This document shows positions 24,870-34,507 of a DNA stretch of 64,000 nucleotides, piece by piece (position 1 is the first letter of the stretch; each line of letters opens with the position of its first letter). Made by a program: the position numbers and the translations under genes. Source of the stretch: an uncultured Candidatus Rokubacteria bacterium (lineage in GTDB: Bacteria; Methylomirabilota; Methylomirabilia; Rokubacteriales; CSP1-6); assembly GCA_963758635.1 (NCBI GenBank), contig CAVWWD010000003.1, positions 544,001 to 608,000 of the forward strand. The letters are read 5' to 3'. Under the pieces are notes generated by a model. The model had not been told where the DNA came from. It worked only from the letters and a program-made list of their open reading frames with translations, and searched no databases.

Positions 24870-25857
24870 ATGCGTGCCATGGTCCTCGACGCGCCGGGAC
24901 AGCCGCTGCGGCTCCGCGACCAGGCGGACCCGACTCCGCGGGAAGGGGAGGTGCTCGTCGAGGTGGCGGCGTGCGCGGTCTGCCGGACGGACCTGCACGT
25001 GGTGGACGGTGAGCTGCCCGATCCGAAGCTGCCGTTGATTCCGGGCCACGAGATCGTCGGGCGCGTGGCCGCCGTCGGCCCCGGCGTGACGCGCCTGCGC
25101 GCGGGCGAGCGCGTGGGCATTCCGTGGCTGGCCTCGACGTGCGGGGAATGCGCCGCGTGCCGGTCCGGCCGCGAGAACCTCTGCGACGCCGCGCGCTTCA
25201 CCGGCTACACGCGGGACGGCGGCTACGCCGAGCTCGCGGTGGCCGACGCGCGCTTCTGCTTCCCGCTCCCCGCCGCGATCGACGACGTGGCGGCGGCGCC
25301 GCTCCTCTGCGCCGGCCTCATCGGCTACCGGTCGCTCGCGAAGGCGGGCGACGGAGAGCGCCTCGGCGTCTACGGCTTCGGCGCCGCCGCCCACATCGTG
25401 GCCCAGATCGCCCGCTACCAGGGCCGGCGCGTCTTCGCCTTCACCCGCCCCGGCGACGACGCCGCGCAGGCGTTCGCCCTGCGCCACGGCGCCGCGTGGG
25501 CCGGCGCCTCCGACTCGCTGCCGCCCGAGCCGCTGGACGCCGCCATCATCTTCGCCCCCGTCGGCGACCTGGTTCCGCTCGCGCTCCGCGCCGTGGGCAA
25601 GGGCGGCACGGTGGTCTGCGGCGGCATCCACATGACCGACATCCCCCGCTTCCCGTACCGCGACCTGTGGCACGAGCGCACGCTCTGCTCCGTCGCCAAC
25701 CTCACCCGCCGCGACGGCGAAGAGTTCTTCGCCCTCGCCCCCCGCGTCCCCATCCGCACCGAGACCCAGGCGATGCCGCTTAGCGAAGCCAACGCCGCTC
25801 TCACTCAGCCTCCGCTCCGGCCAAGTGCAGGGCGCCCTCGTGCTGACGCCCCGCTGA
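24870..25857 (+). CDS. Zn-dependent alcohol dehydrogenase (AdhP-like); frameshift near 3' end
   Basis: VCRTDLH, GHEIVG, CGECAAC...ENLC, CAGLIGYR; shifted tail LRSGQVQGALVLTPR* ends at 25857. Confidence 0.9.
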
Positions 25858-25876
25858 ACGCACTACCGATCTGCTC

Positions 25877-26171
25877 TCGATCGCGGCATTCGCGCTCGGC
25901 CGGGGCGCCGGGGAGGGGTGGGACGCAACACCGGTGTCAGGCACGGACGCAACGGATCAGCAGCAGTCGCCGTGCAGTCGGATCAGCAGCGCGTGGCCGG
26001 GGGGCGGCGGGGAGGGGGCAGGGGTCGAATGGCCCTTTCCCTCCATCGGGTATCGGACGTCACGCGCCCGGATGGAGCCCAGTCACAGCGGGGCAGCGCA
26101 CGCGTGCGGCGTGGTCTGAGACCCCTGCCCCCTCCCCGCCGCCCCCGGCCGAGCGCGAGGTCGCGACTCGA
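25877..26171. repeat. Nested inverted-repeat (REP/MITE-like) cluster between convergent genes
   Basis: 25995-26026 is the reverse complement of 26120-26150; 25877-25922 is a diverged reverse complement of 26120-26171. Confidence 0.7.
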
Positions 26172-26187
26172 AATGGGGCGGAAACCG

Positions 26188-27492
26188 CTACAGCACGTTG
26201 CGCGGCCTGCCGATGGCGCCTTCCGCGAAGCGCGAGAAGCGGAAGCCGGAGATGTCGAGCGACGGCTTGCCGTCGACGATCAGCTCGGACACGAGCCGCC
26301 CCGCGATGGGTCCCATCGCGAAGCCGTGCCCGCTGAAGCCGGTGGCGAAGACGAAGCCCGGGCACGCCGGCGCCTCGCCGAGGACCGGCGTCAGGTCCGG
26401 CGTGGCGTCGATGTAGCCGGCCCAGCGCGAGGCGATGCCGAGGCGCGGCAGCGCCGGCAGCACGCGCTGGAGCTCGGCGAGGCTCCGGTCCACCTTCGAC
26501 GCGTTCGCCACCGGCTCGAACGCGCGGTCCCACACCAGGGGCTCGCGGCGCGCGCGCGAGCCGGGCAGCACGGAGGCGAGGCTCCGCGCCAGCGGACGGC
26601 CCACGTGGAAGCGGAACAGCGCCTTGTTCTTCCAGAAGTTCGGCAGGAAGAAGCGGAGCTGCCGGAGCGAGTCGAGCGTCACGTCGTGGTCGAGCGCGCC
26701 GCCCGCCGCGATGTTGAAGCTCCCGTCCTTGCGCTGGCGGAACGCGACGCCCGGGCCCCACACCGCGCACGTGGTCACGGGGGGCGCCGCGGTCGTCCGC
26801 GCCACCGTGCCGCGCACCCACCGCTGCGGCAGCGCGAGGCCGATCGTGCGCGCGAGGCGCCACGACCACGCGCCCGCCGCGCAGACCACCCATGGCGCTC
26901 GGATCTCCTCCACGCGCGGGCCGTCCTGGACGAGCACGCCGCTCGCCCGGCCGCCCTGAGTCGTCACCCCGCGCGCCGCGACGCCAAGGCGGATCACCAC
27001 GCCGCGCGCGCCGGCGGCGCGGGCGAACGCGTCGGTGGCCTTGCCGGGATCGGCATGGCCGTCGCTCGGCGTGTGGAGGCCGCCGGCCCAGCCCGGAACG
27101 ATTCCGGGCACCACCGAGGGCAGGTCGTCCGGCCGCAGGAGGCGCGTGTCCAGGCCGAACTGCTTCGCCACGCCGAGCCAGTCCTCGAAGAGGGCCATGC
27201 GCTCGCCGTTGGCGGCGAGGGCGAGGTTGCCGCCCTGGACCCACTCGATGTCCGCGCCAAGCTCCGCCTCGAGGCCGCGCCAGATGCGGTTGGCCTCCAT
27301 CATCAGGGGGACCTCGGCGGGATCGCGGCCCTGCTGTCGCACGAAGCCCCAGTTCTTCCGCGACTGCTCGCCGGGCGCGTCTCCGCGCTCCAGCACCACC
27401 ACCCGCGCCCCACGCCCGGCCAGGTAGTACGCCGCGGAGCTTCCGACGATGCCGCCCCCGACCACGACCACGTCCGCGTGCTGGTCCGCCAT
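26188..27492 (-). CDS. FAD-dependent oxidoreductase (DAO/DadA family)
   Basis: VVGGGIVG, QSRKNWGFVRQQGR, WAGYIDATPD, GFSGHGFAMGP. Confidence 0.92.
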   Translation of the reverse strand: MADQHADVVVVGGGIVGSSAAYYLAGRGARVVVLERGDAPGEQSRKNWGFVRQQGRDPAEVPLMMEANRIWRGLEAELGADIEWVQGGNLALAANGERMALFEDWLGVAKQFGLDTRLLRPDDLPSVVPGIVPGWAGGLHTPSDGHADPGKATDAFARAAGARGVVIRLGVAARGVTTQGGRASGVLVQDGPRVEEIRAPWVVCAAGAWSWRLARTIGLALPQRWVRGTVARTTAAPPVTTCAVWGPGVAFRQRKDGSFNIAAGGALDHDVTLDSLRQLRFFLPNFWKNKALFRFHVGRPLARSLASVLPGSRARREPLVWDRAFEPVANASKVDRSLAELQRVLPALPRLGIASRWAGYIDATPDLTPVLGEAPACPGFVFATGFSGHGFAMGPIAGRLVSELIVDGKPSLDISGFRFSRFAEGAIGRPRNVL

Positions 27493-27550
27493 GACGGCGC
27501 CCATGGTCGGCAAGAGCGCGAGCATTGTCAAACGCCCCGGGCGGGCCAAC

Positions 27551-27685
27551 CCCCTCTCCCCTGCGCGGGGGAGCAGGGGAGAGCGCCGAGGACCCCTCTC
27601 CCCCTGCGCGGGGGAGAGGGGCAGGGGAGAGCGCCGAGGACCCCTCTCCCCCTGCGCGGGGGAGAGGGGCAGGGGAGAGGGGGGG
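27551..27685. repeat. Three tandem palindromic REP-like units (about 48 bp)
   Basis: CCCCTCTCCCCCTGCGCGGGGGAGAGGGGCAGGGGAGAG units at 27551 (shorter), 27593 and 27641. Confidence 0.88.
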
Positions 27686-27690
27686 CTCGA

Positions 27691-27720
27691 TTGACATATC
27701 CACGCTCCGGCGCGTACAAC
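27691..27720 (+). promoter_or_regulatory. Sigma70-like promoter (near-leaderless SDR gene)
   Basis: TTGACA - 18 nt - TACAAC, 8 nt before ATG 27729. Confidence 0.5.
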
Positions 27721-27728
27721 GGGGCGCG

Positions 27729-28572
27729 ATGAAGACGCTCCGGGGCCGCGTGGCCGTCGTGACCGGGGCGGCGAGCGGCATCGGGCTGGCCATGGCCGAG
27801 CGCTTCGCCGCCGAGGGCATGAAGCTCGTGATGGCCGACGTGGAGGCCGGCGCCCTCGACACGGCCGTGGCGGCGCTTCGCTCCCGCGCCCCGGCCGTCC
27901 ACGCGAGCCGCGTGGACGTGTCCAAGCCCGAGGACCTCGAGCGCCTCGCCGGCGAGACCTACGACGCGTTCGGCGCCGCCCACGTCCTCTGCAACAACGC
28001 CGGCGTGGCCGTCATCGGCGCCGTGCACGAGCACACCCTGGCCGACTGGAAGTGGGTCATCGACGTGAACCTGTGGGGCGTCATCCACGGCGTGCGCGCG
28101 TTCGTGCCCCGGATGCTCGCGGGCGGCGACGAGGGCCACGTGGTGAACACGGCGTCGATGGCCGGGCTCACCACCTCGGCGTTCATGTCCGTGTACGACG
28201 TGACCAAGCACGGCGTGGTGGCGCTGTCCGAGTCCATGTTCAAGGAGTTCGCAGATGACGGGGGCGCCGATCGGCGTGTCGGTGGTCTGCCCCGGCCTCA
28301 TCAACACGCGGATCATGGACGCGGCGCGCAACCGGCCGGAGAGCCTCGCCGACGCCGGCAAGCCCGCGCCGGGGGCGGAGGCGTTCGCGCAGGCCCTGGC
28401 CGACCGGCTGGCCGGGGGATATCCGCCGTCCGAGGTCGCGGACCAGGTGGTGCAGGGGATCCGCGACGGCCGCTTCTACATCGTGCCCGCCCAGCCCGAG
28501 GTGAAGTCGCGCGCCGCCGTGCGCGCGCGGGACATCCTCGAGCTCCGGAACCCCACGCTCCCCGGCGCCTGA
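27729..28572 (+). CDS. SDR family oxidoreductase (frameshift near 28250)
   Basis: TGAASGIG, NNAGV, YDVTK; continues in the 28255 frame as VSVVCPGLINTRI. Confidence 0.88.
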
Positions 28573-28657
28573 GCGACGCGCGCGCCGATCGGGCGGCGGC
28601 CGCCCTCGCATTCCCGCGCCGCCGCGAATATCCTATCGGTGCGGCAACGCCCCCAGC

Positions 28658-30268
28658 ATGACGCCTCCAGCGCCGGACACGGCACCGATCCCCTCCGCTC
28701 GGAAGTGGGCCATCACCTTCACGGTGATGGTGGTGGCGTTCATGCAGATCCTCGACACGAGCGTCACCAACGTGATCCTGCCCCACCTGCAGGGATCGCT
28801 CTCGGCGGGGCTGGACGAGGTGTCGTGGGTCATCACGTCCTACCTGGCGGCGAACGCGATCGTCATCCCGGCCACGCCGTGGCTCGTGAGCATCTTCGGG
28901 CGCAAGCGCTTCTTCCTGATCTGCTCCACGCTGTTCGTGATCAGCTCGTTCGTCTCCGGCGCCGCCCCCGACCTGACCTCGCTGATCGTCGCGCGCATCT
29001 TCCAGGGCCTGGGTGGCGGGCCGATCATCCCCCTCTCGCAGTCGATCCTCTGGGAGATCTTCCCGTTCCACCAGCGCGGGCTCGGCATGGCCATCTGGGG
29101 GATCGGCTTCATCCTCGGCCCCATCCTGGGCCCGACGGTGGGCGGCTACCTCGCCGACGAGTGGTCGTGGCGCTGGATCTTCTACATCAACCTGCCCGTG
29201 GGCGTGATCGGCTTCCTCATGGCGAGCGTGTTCCTCTTCGATCCGCCGTACCTGAAGCGCTCCACCGCGCGGATCGACGTCCTCGGGCTCGCCCTCATGG
29301 TGGCGGGGTTCGGGTGCCTCCAGCTCGTCCTCGACCGGGGCGAGCGCGAGGACTGGTTCGACTCCTCGATGATCTTCGCGCTGAGCATCATCGCGGTGTG
29401 CGCGCTCGCCGGCTTCCTCATCCGCGAGCTGACGGCCAAGGACCCGTTCCTGGACCTCACGGTGTTCACCGACCGGAACTTCGCCACCGGGGTCGCGCTG
29501 AGCACCATCGTGGGGTTCGGCATGTTCTCCGGCATGCTGCTCGTCGCCGTGTTCACGCAGAAGCTCCTCGGCTACGACGCGTGGACGTCCGGCCTGGTCC
29601 TGGCCCCGGGCGGCCTCGGCAACATCTGCTCGCTGTTCACCTCGGGGCTCGTGACCCGCGTCGACCAGCGCCTGATGCTGGCGTTCGGCTGCCTGCTGAA
29701 CGGCGTGAGCCTCTACATGATGACGTTACTCACGCTCGGCATGGACTACTGGGCCCTCGCGCTGCCGCGCTTCGTGCAGGGATTCGCGGTGGGGTTCATC
29801 TTCGTGCCGATGTCCACGCTGACCCTGGCCACCATCCCGCGCGACCGGCTCGTCAACGCGACCGCTATCTACAGCATGGCGCGAAACTTCGGCGGCAGCG
29901 TGGGGATCGCGGTGGTCACGACGCTGCTCGCCCAGCGGAGCCAGTTCCACCAGGCCACGCTCGTCGGCCACATCACGTCGTGGGATCCCGAGACGCACGC
30001 GCGCCTGGCCCGCTGGGCCGGGCATTTCGTGGCGCGGGGCAGCGACGCCTTCACCGCCGAGCGCCGCGCGATGGCGATGGTGTACCGGGAGACGGTGGCC
30101 CAGGCGCAGCTCCTCGCCTACGCCGACGACTTCTGGCTCCTCGCCATGATGTTCATGGCGGTGCCGTTCGTGCTGCCGTTCATGCGCCGCATCCGGATGG
30201 AGCGGCCGGCCAGCGCTGACGCGGCCGCGAAGCGCTCGACCGCTCCCGCCGTGGAGGAGTCCGTCTAA
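28658..30268 (+). CDS. DHA2 (EmrB/QacA) MFS efflux permease
   Basis: LDTSVTNV, WVITSYL, GPTVGGYL, WRWIFYINLPVG; many TM helices. Confidence 0.94.
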   Translation: MTPPAPDTAPIPSARKWAITFTVMVVAFMQILDTSVTNVILPHLQGSLSAGLDEVSWVITSYLAANAIVIPATPWLVSIFGRKRFFLICSTLFVISSFVSGAAPDLTSLIVARIFQGLGGGPIIPLSQSILWEIFPFHQRGLGMAIWGIGFILGPILGPTVGGYLADEWSWRWIFYINLPVGVIGFLMASVFLFDPPYLKRSTARIDVLGLALMVAGFGCLQLVLDRGEREDWFDSSMIFALSIIAVCALAGFLIRELTAKDPFLDLTVFTDRNFATGVALSTIVGFGMFSGMLLVAVFTQKLLGYDAWTSGLVLAPGGLGNICSLFTSGLVTRVDQRLMLAFGCLLNGVSLYMMTLLTLGMDYWALALPRFVQGFAVGFIFVPMSTLTLATIPRDRLVNATAIYSMARNFGGSVGIAVVTTLLAQRSQFHQATLVGHITSWDPETHARLARWAGHFVARGSDAFTAERRAMAMVYRETVAQAQLLAYADDFWLLAMMFMAVPFVLPFMRRIRMERPASADAAAKRSTAPAVEESV

Positions 30269-30509
30269 CCTCGCGCCGCGGGCGCCCGGCAGCTGCGCCA
30301 GGCGTGTCCCGCGGGCCGCTTCTCCGAGGCGCACGGCGTGTCGGACAATGTTCTCTTCTCTGACGCCCCCGTCACGGACACTGCCCGTCCACGGTGGCCG
30401 GCGCTCGACATGGGCATCCCGCCCCCTGGTCTCCTCCGCCAAAACGCGATCCAGGCAAGCGTGCTGGACGGCGTCACGACCGCGAGGAAGCTTCCGGCGC
30501 CACGACGGG

Positions 30510-31460
30510 TCAGTGACGATGGCGGTGCCCCACGTCGGGGTAGTGAGGGTGCGCGTGCGTGAGGTCACCGTGCGCGTGCTCGTGCTCGTGCCGCTCGCTG
30601 GCGTGTAGCGCCACGCCTGCGGCCATCAGCGCCGCCGCCACGCCGAGGCGGGCCGTGACGGGCTCGCCGAGCGCTGCCACCGCCGCGATCGCCGAGACGA
30701 ACGGCGCGGTGGAGAAGTAGGCCGACGCCCGCGCCGTCCCCAGGTGACGCAGCGCCACGATGAACAGCACCAGGCTCATCCCGTAGCCCAGCACGCCCAC
30801 CACGCCGGCGCCGGCGATCGTGGCCGCGCCCGGCACGCGCGCGCCGTGAGCGAGGCCGATCGTGACGTTGACGGCGCCGGCCACGAGTCCCTTGAGGGCC
30901 GCGATCCGGACCGGGTCGCCGCCAGACACCTGCCGGGTGAGGTTGTTGTCGGCGGCCCACGCGAGGCACGCGGCCACGATGAGGACGGCCGGGTCCCGCC
31001 CGATCGCCCCCGGCGGCCACGCGAGCGTGAGCGCGCCCGCCCCGATGGCGGCCATGCCGAGCGCGATCCGCGCGTCGACGTGCTCGCGGAACACGACCCA
31101 GGCGATGAGCGCGGTGAACACGCCCTCGAGGCTCAGCAGCAGCCCGGCCTCCGACGCGTCGCGCGCGGCCAGCCCCGTCATGAGCAGGACGGGAGCGATC
31201 ACACCGCCGGCGACGATGGCCGCGCCCAGCCAGAGCCAGTCCGCGCCGTGGAGGCGTTTCGCATCCGGCCCGCTCCGGCGCAGCAGGCGGTACACGCCCA
31301 GGCCGACGCCCGCGCCCAGGTACAGGAGTCCGGCGAGGAGCCAGGGATCGGCGCGGTCCAGGAGGTGCTTCGCCGCGGGAATGCTGATGCCGAACAGGAC
31401 GGACGCGCCGAGGGCCGCGGCGATGCCGCCCGCGCCGCCTCGGGACCGGCGGGGGTTAAT
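30510..31460 (-). CDS. EamA/DMT transporter with His-rich C-terminal tail; probable non-canonical start
   Basis: Family-like sequence (ALGASVLFGISIPAAK...LLAGLLYLGAG) extends upstream of the track's GTG 31295 to ATT 31460. Also WAADNNLTR and tail HEHEHAH...HPHYPDVGHRHRH. Confidence 0.85.
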   Translation of the reverse strand: MNPRRSRGGAGGIAAALGASVLFGISIPAAKHLLDRADPWLLAGLLYLGAGVGLGVYRLLRRSGPDAKRLHGADWLWLGAAIVAGGVIAPVLLMTGLAARDASEAGLLLSLEGVFTALIAWVVFREHVDARIALGMAAIGAGALTLAWPPGAIGRDPAVLIVAACLAWAADNNLTRQVSGGDPVRIAALKGLVAGAVNVTIGLAHGARVPGAATIAGAGVVGVLGYGMSLVLFIVALRHLGTARASAYFSTAPFVSAIAAVAALGEPVTARLGVAAALMAAGVALHASERHEHEHAHGDLTHAHPHYPDVGHRHRH

Positions 31461-31513
31461 GACCCTCGCAGAATGCGGTAACCGTCACGGGCCTCTACAG
31501 TCCCACCGCTCGG
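31458..31513 (-). ncRNA. Structured cis-regulatory RNA candidate, copy 2 (possibly sul1-type motif)
   Basis: CCGAGCGGUGGGACUGUAGAGGCCCGUGACGGUUACCGCAUUCUGCGAGGGUCAUU lies directly 5' of the EamA gene; duplicated at 3861-3916. Confidence 0.6.
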
Positions 31514-31700
31514 AGCAGACCCACGCGACGATCATAGCGCCGTGCGGGTCCCTTCCAGCCAAGGAATTCGCGGGCTTTCCCGCCTCGATGACGCCTCCGG
31601 GCGCCCCGCCCACACGCGCTGGACGACGGCCGGGGCGCGCTTCATGTCGGCACGACGCGCGCGCTCGGGGGGCCGATGAGCAAGGCATGGTCCACGAGCG

Positions 31701-32105
31701 CTACTGGCTGGCGGCGGCGCGAGCGATGGCGTCGTCGTTGTCCGCGGGCACGGCGCCGCTGACCCCGACGGCGCCGACGACCCGGCCCGCCTCCATCAGC
31801 GTGACCGCGCCCTTGCCGAACACGAACTGGTACTGGTCGAGCCCGGCCACGTTCAGCGCGAACAGCTGGCGGGCGCCGGCGAAGCGGCCCTCGAGGTCGT
31901 CGGTGGACGCGCGGAACGCGGCGGCGGCGTTGGCCTTGCCGCGCGCGATCTCCGGGGTGACCCAGAGCGCGCCGTCCATCCGATGGCAGGCCACGAGGTG
32001 GCCCGCGTCGTCCACGACGGCGATGGCCACCTGGAACCCGAGCTCACGCGCCTTGGCCAGACCCGCGTCGATACACCGCACCGCCCGATCGAGCGTCAGC
32101 GCCAT
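31701..32105 (-). CDS. GlcG/HbpS family heme-binding protein
   Basis: AIAVVDDAGHL...RMDGA...IARGKA, VGAVGVSGA. Confidence 0.9.
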   Translation of the reverse strand: MALTLDRAVRCIDAGLAKARELGFQVAIAVVDDAGHLVACHRMDGALWVTPEIARGKANAAAAFRASTDDLEGRFAGARQLFALNVAGLDQYQFVFGKGAVTLMEAGRVVGAVGVSGAVPADNDDAIARAAASQ

Positions 32106-32197
32106 GGGTCAGGTCTCAGGGTTGATGTGCGAGCCGAGCCACAACGGCGAGGCGAGCGTACATGGAGTGACGGTCGCCAGCGTCCGCTCGCCATCGG

Positions 32198-32506
32198 TCA
32201 GGGCAGGTCGACGAGGACGCTGTCGCCCTCGATGCGGACGGGATAGCTCGGCACGGCTTCGCCGCGCGCCGGGAACAGGCACTGGCCGGTCCGCACGTCG
32301 TAGAGCCAGCCGTGGAGCGGGCATGCGAGCTTGGTTCCCGAGAGCTTCCCCTGGGAGAGCGAGCCGCCGCGGTGGGAGCACACGTCGCCGCAGGCATGGA
32401 TGGCGTCGCCGACGCGGACCAGGACGACGCGGACGCCGCCCACCTCGGCCAGCCGCGGCTGGCCAGGCGCGACGTCCGCGAGCGCGGCGGCCCGGTGCTC
32501 GGGCAC
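32198..32506 (-). CDS. Rieske [2Fe-2S] ferredoxin
   Basis: CSH...CPLHGW...DVRTG. Confidence 0.92.
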   Translation of the reverse strand: MPEHRAAALADVAPGQPRLAEVGGVRVVLVRVGDAIHACGDVCSHRGGSLSQGKLSGTKLACPLHGWLYDVRTGQCLFPARGEAVPSYPVRIEGDSVLVDLP

Positions 32507-32522
32507 GGGGGCGAAGGCCCGG

Positions 32523-33206
32523 CTAGACCTCTTCCTTGAGGACGTAGGCGCGGTGCAGGCCGGTCATGTACTGCCAGCGCATCTCGGTGGCCTGGCGCAC
32601 CGCCTCGATCGCCTCGGCCTGGCGCTCGGGCGTCCCGCTGTGCCGCTCCACGATCTGGTAGCCGCGCTCACCGTGGATCTCGTCGGCCTCGATGTGGATC
32701 GCGAAGAACTCCACCTCGTGGTCGGTGAAGCCGTAGTGCGTCTTGAGCGGGGGCAGGTTGCGCTTGTAGATGCCGGGCACCTGCGACTCGAGGCCCACGA
32801 GCAGGCCGGCGGCGGCCACGTGGAAGGGCTGCCGCGACATCTCGTAGCACCAGGCGGTGAGCCCGCGCGTGGTGGGGAGCTGCCGAGCGGTCTCCACCTC
32901 GTGACGGCTCACCCCGCACGCCTCGGCGAAGCGGATGAGCAGGTCCACGTGCTTGGTGCCCGACTCCTCCTCGATGATGTTCTCCAGCAGGAAGTCCCGG
33001 GCGTCCGGGTCCGGGCACGACCCGTACACGGTGGCGCACCAGCGCGCGAACTGCGAGACGTACTGGTAGTGCTGGCGCGCCCACGCGCCGAGCTGCGAGC
33101 GGGTCAGGTCGCCGTTCACCCACTTCTCGGTGAACGGGTTCATCCGGCTGTGGCGCGCGTTGACCGCGTCCTGGAGCTGGGTGCGGAACGGGCTCATCTG
33201 CGTCAT
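32523..33206 (-). CDS. Heme-oxygenase-like diiron enzyme (CADD/PqqC/TenA fold)
   Basis: ENIIEEESGTKH, LESQVP, FFAIHIEADEIH give a full E/H/E/H/D/H ligand set; GAGGAG SD before ATG 33206. Confidence 0.88.
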   Translation of the reverse strand: MTQMSPFRTQLQDAVNARHSRMNPFTEKWVNGDLTRSQLGAWARQHYQYVSQFARWCATVYGSCPDPDARDFLLENIIEEESGTKHVDLLIRFAEACGVSRHEVETARQLPTTRGLTAWCYEMSRQPFHVAAAGLLVGLESQVPGIYKRNLPPLKTHYGFTDHEVEFFAIHIEADEIHGERGYQIVERHSGTPERQAEAIEAVRQATEMRWQYMTGLHRAYVLKEEV

Positions 33207-33316
33207 TCGGCGGTCTCCTCGTGCGGCCCCGCGGCGGGCCGGGTCGGTATCCTCGTGCGCCTCAGCGGGCCCGGTCGCTTTCCACGCGCACCGTCGGCGT
33301 GTCTCCGCGTGTCCGT

Positions 33317-34159
33317 TCAGCCCGCGATCTCGCTCCAGACCACCATGCCGGTGCCCGTGCGCCAGGCCACGGCGGGCATGTAGGCCAGCACGTCCGCCGC
33401 CCCGGTGGTGAACGCGAGGGTGAGGATCCAGGACAGCAGCTCGGCGGTGCCGCCCGAGCCCGCGGCCTCCATGCGCTCGAGCGTGCATTCGCGCAGGAGT
33501 GCCGCGTGGTCGCCGGCCTTCAGGAGGTCGAGGAACCAGCGGTCGAACTCCTCGTCCACCCAGAAGTAGCGCGGGCCGCCCGGCTCGTGGGAGAGGCCGC
33601 CGGTGCCGATCACGGCCACGCGCTCCTGGCCGGGGTAGGCGCGCACGATGTCGGCGATGGCCGTGCCCACCTGGTAGGCGCGCTCGGGTGTGGGGATGGG
33701 CGGCACCGTGCAGTTCATCGACACGGGGACCAGCGGGATCCGCATCTCCGGGTTCAGGTAGTGCAGCGGCACCGAGAAGCCGTCGTCGAACTCCATCTTC
33801 CGGAGGTACGCGAAGGCGATGCGCCGGCGCGCGCCCTCGCTCACCAGGTGCCGGGCCAGCGCGGCATGACCGGGCACGCGGTACTTGGGCAGCGCGAGCC
33901 ACTCGTCGTACCAGTCGGCGGGGCCCACGTGCTCATCCGCGATGCCCACCGTGAACTCCGGCGTGTTGTTGATGGGCCAGTTCAGCAGGTGATCGTTGCT
34001 GAACATCAGGAGCACGTCCGGGCGCGCGGCCTCGAGCCGGTCGCGCATCTCGCCCAGCGCGTTCTTGGCGAGGCGCTGGTGCTCGTCCGGCGCGGCGGTG
34101 AACCACCCGGTGAGCCCGGGGGAGTGGGTCAGGGCCATCGCGGCGACGATCTCGGCCAT
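33317..34159 (-). CDS. Class III extradiol ring-cleavage dioxygenase, LigB-like catalytic subunit
   Basis: THSPG, RPDVLLMFSNDH, GTGGLSHEPG, GGTAEL. Confidence 0.92.
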   Translation of the reverse strand: MAEIVAAMALTHSPGLTGWFTAAPDEHQRLAKNALGEMRDRLEAARPDVLLMFSNDHLLNWPINNTPEFTVGIADEHVGPADWYDEWLALPKYRVPGHAALARHLVSEGARRRIAFAYLRKMEFDDGFSVPLHYLNPEMRIPLVPVSMNCTVPPIPTPERAYQVGTAIADIVRAYPGQERVAVIGTGGLSHEPGGPRYFWVDEEFDRWFLDLLKAGDHAALLRECTLERMEAAGSGGTAELLSWILTLAFTTGAADVLAYMPAVAWRTGTGMVVWSEIAG

Positions 34160-34162
34160 GGC

Positions 34163-34507
34163 TCAGCTCCGCGAGTCGGCCTGCGCCTGGGCGGCCAGGG
34201 CTCGCGCGGACTCCTCCGGGTAGGCGCGGCGGTACGCGTCCAGCACCGGATGCGCGTTCGAGTTCGCGGCGGCGCCGTGGAACAGGCGCAGGATCTGCGG
34301 CACGTAGTACTGGTGCACGCCCATCTCGTGGAGCCGGCGCACGTCCTTGTCGCGGAGCGCCTCGTACTCTGCGGCGGAGAGGCCAAACTCGCGCGCCAGG
34401 CCTTCCAGGTCGGTGAGCCAGCGCTCGCGGAGCGCGCGGTCGCGTCGCACGTAGAAGATCATCTCGTTCAGCGGCAGCGTCTTGTCGCAGCGGTCCACGC
34501 TACCCAT
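34163..34507 (-). CDS. LigA-like small subunit of aromatic ring-opening dioxygenase
   Basis: LNEMIF...RERWLTD...FGLSAAEYEAL...LHEMGVHQY; directly upstream of the LigB-like gene. Confidence 0.8.
   Translation of the reverse strand: MGSVDRCDKTLPLNEMIFYVRRDRALRERWLTDLEGLAREFGLSAAEYEALRDKDVRRLHEMGVHQYYVPQILRLFHGAAANSNAHPVLDAYRRAYPEESARALAAQAQADSRS

Noticed and set aside
30265..30562. Short ORFs between the MFS and EamA genes
   Set aside because: No recognisable motifs or convincing coding signal.
31680..31694. Possible sigma54 site TGGACCATGCCTTGC upstream of the EamA motif
   Set aside because: Spacing fits but the -24 box (TGGA) is non-consensus; too weak to call.
32523..33206. pqqC or CADD pABA synthase assignment
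   Set aside because: No other pqq or folate genes nearby, and the CADD sacrificial Tyr/Lys equivalents appear substituted.
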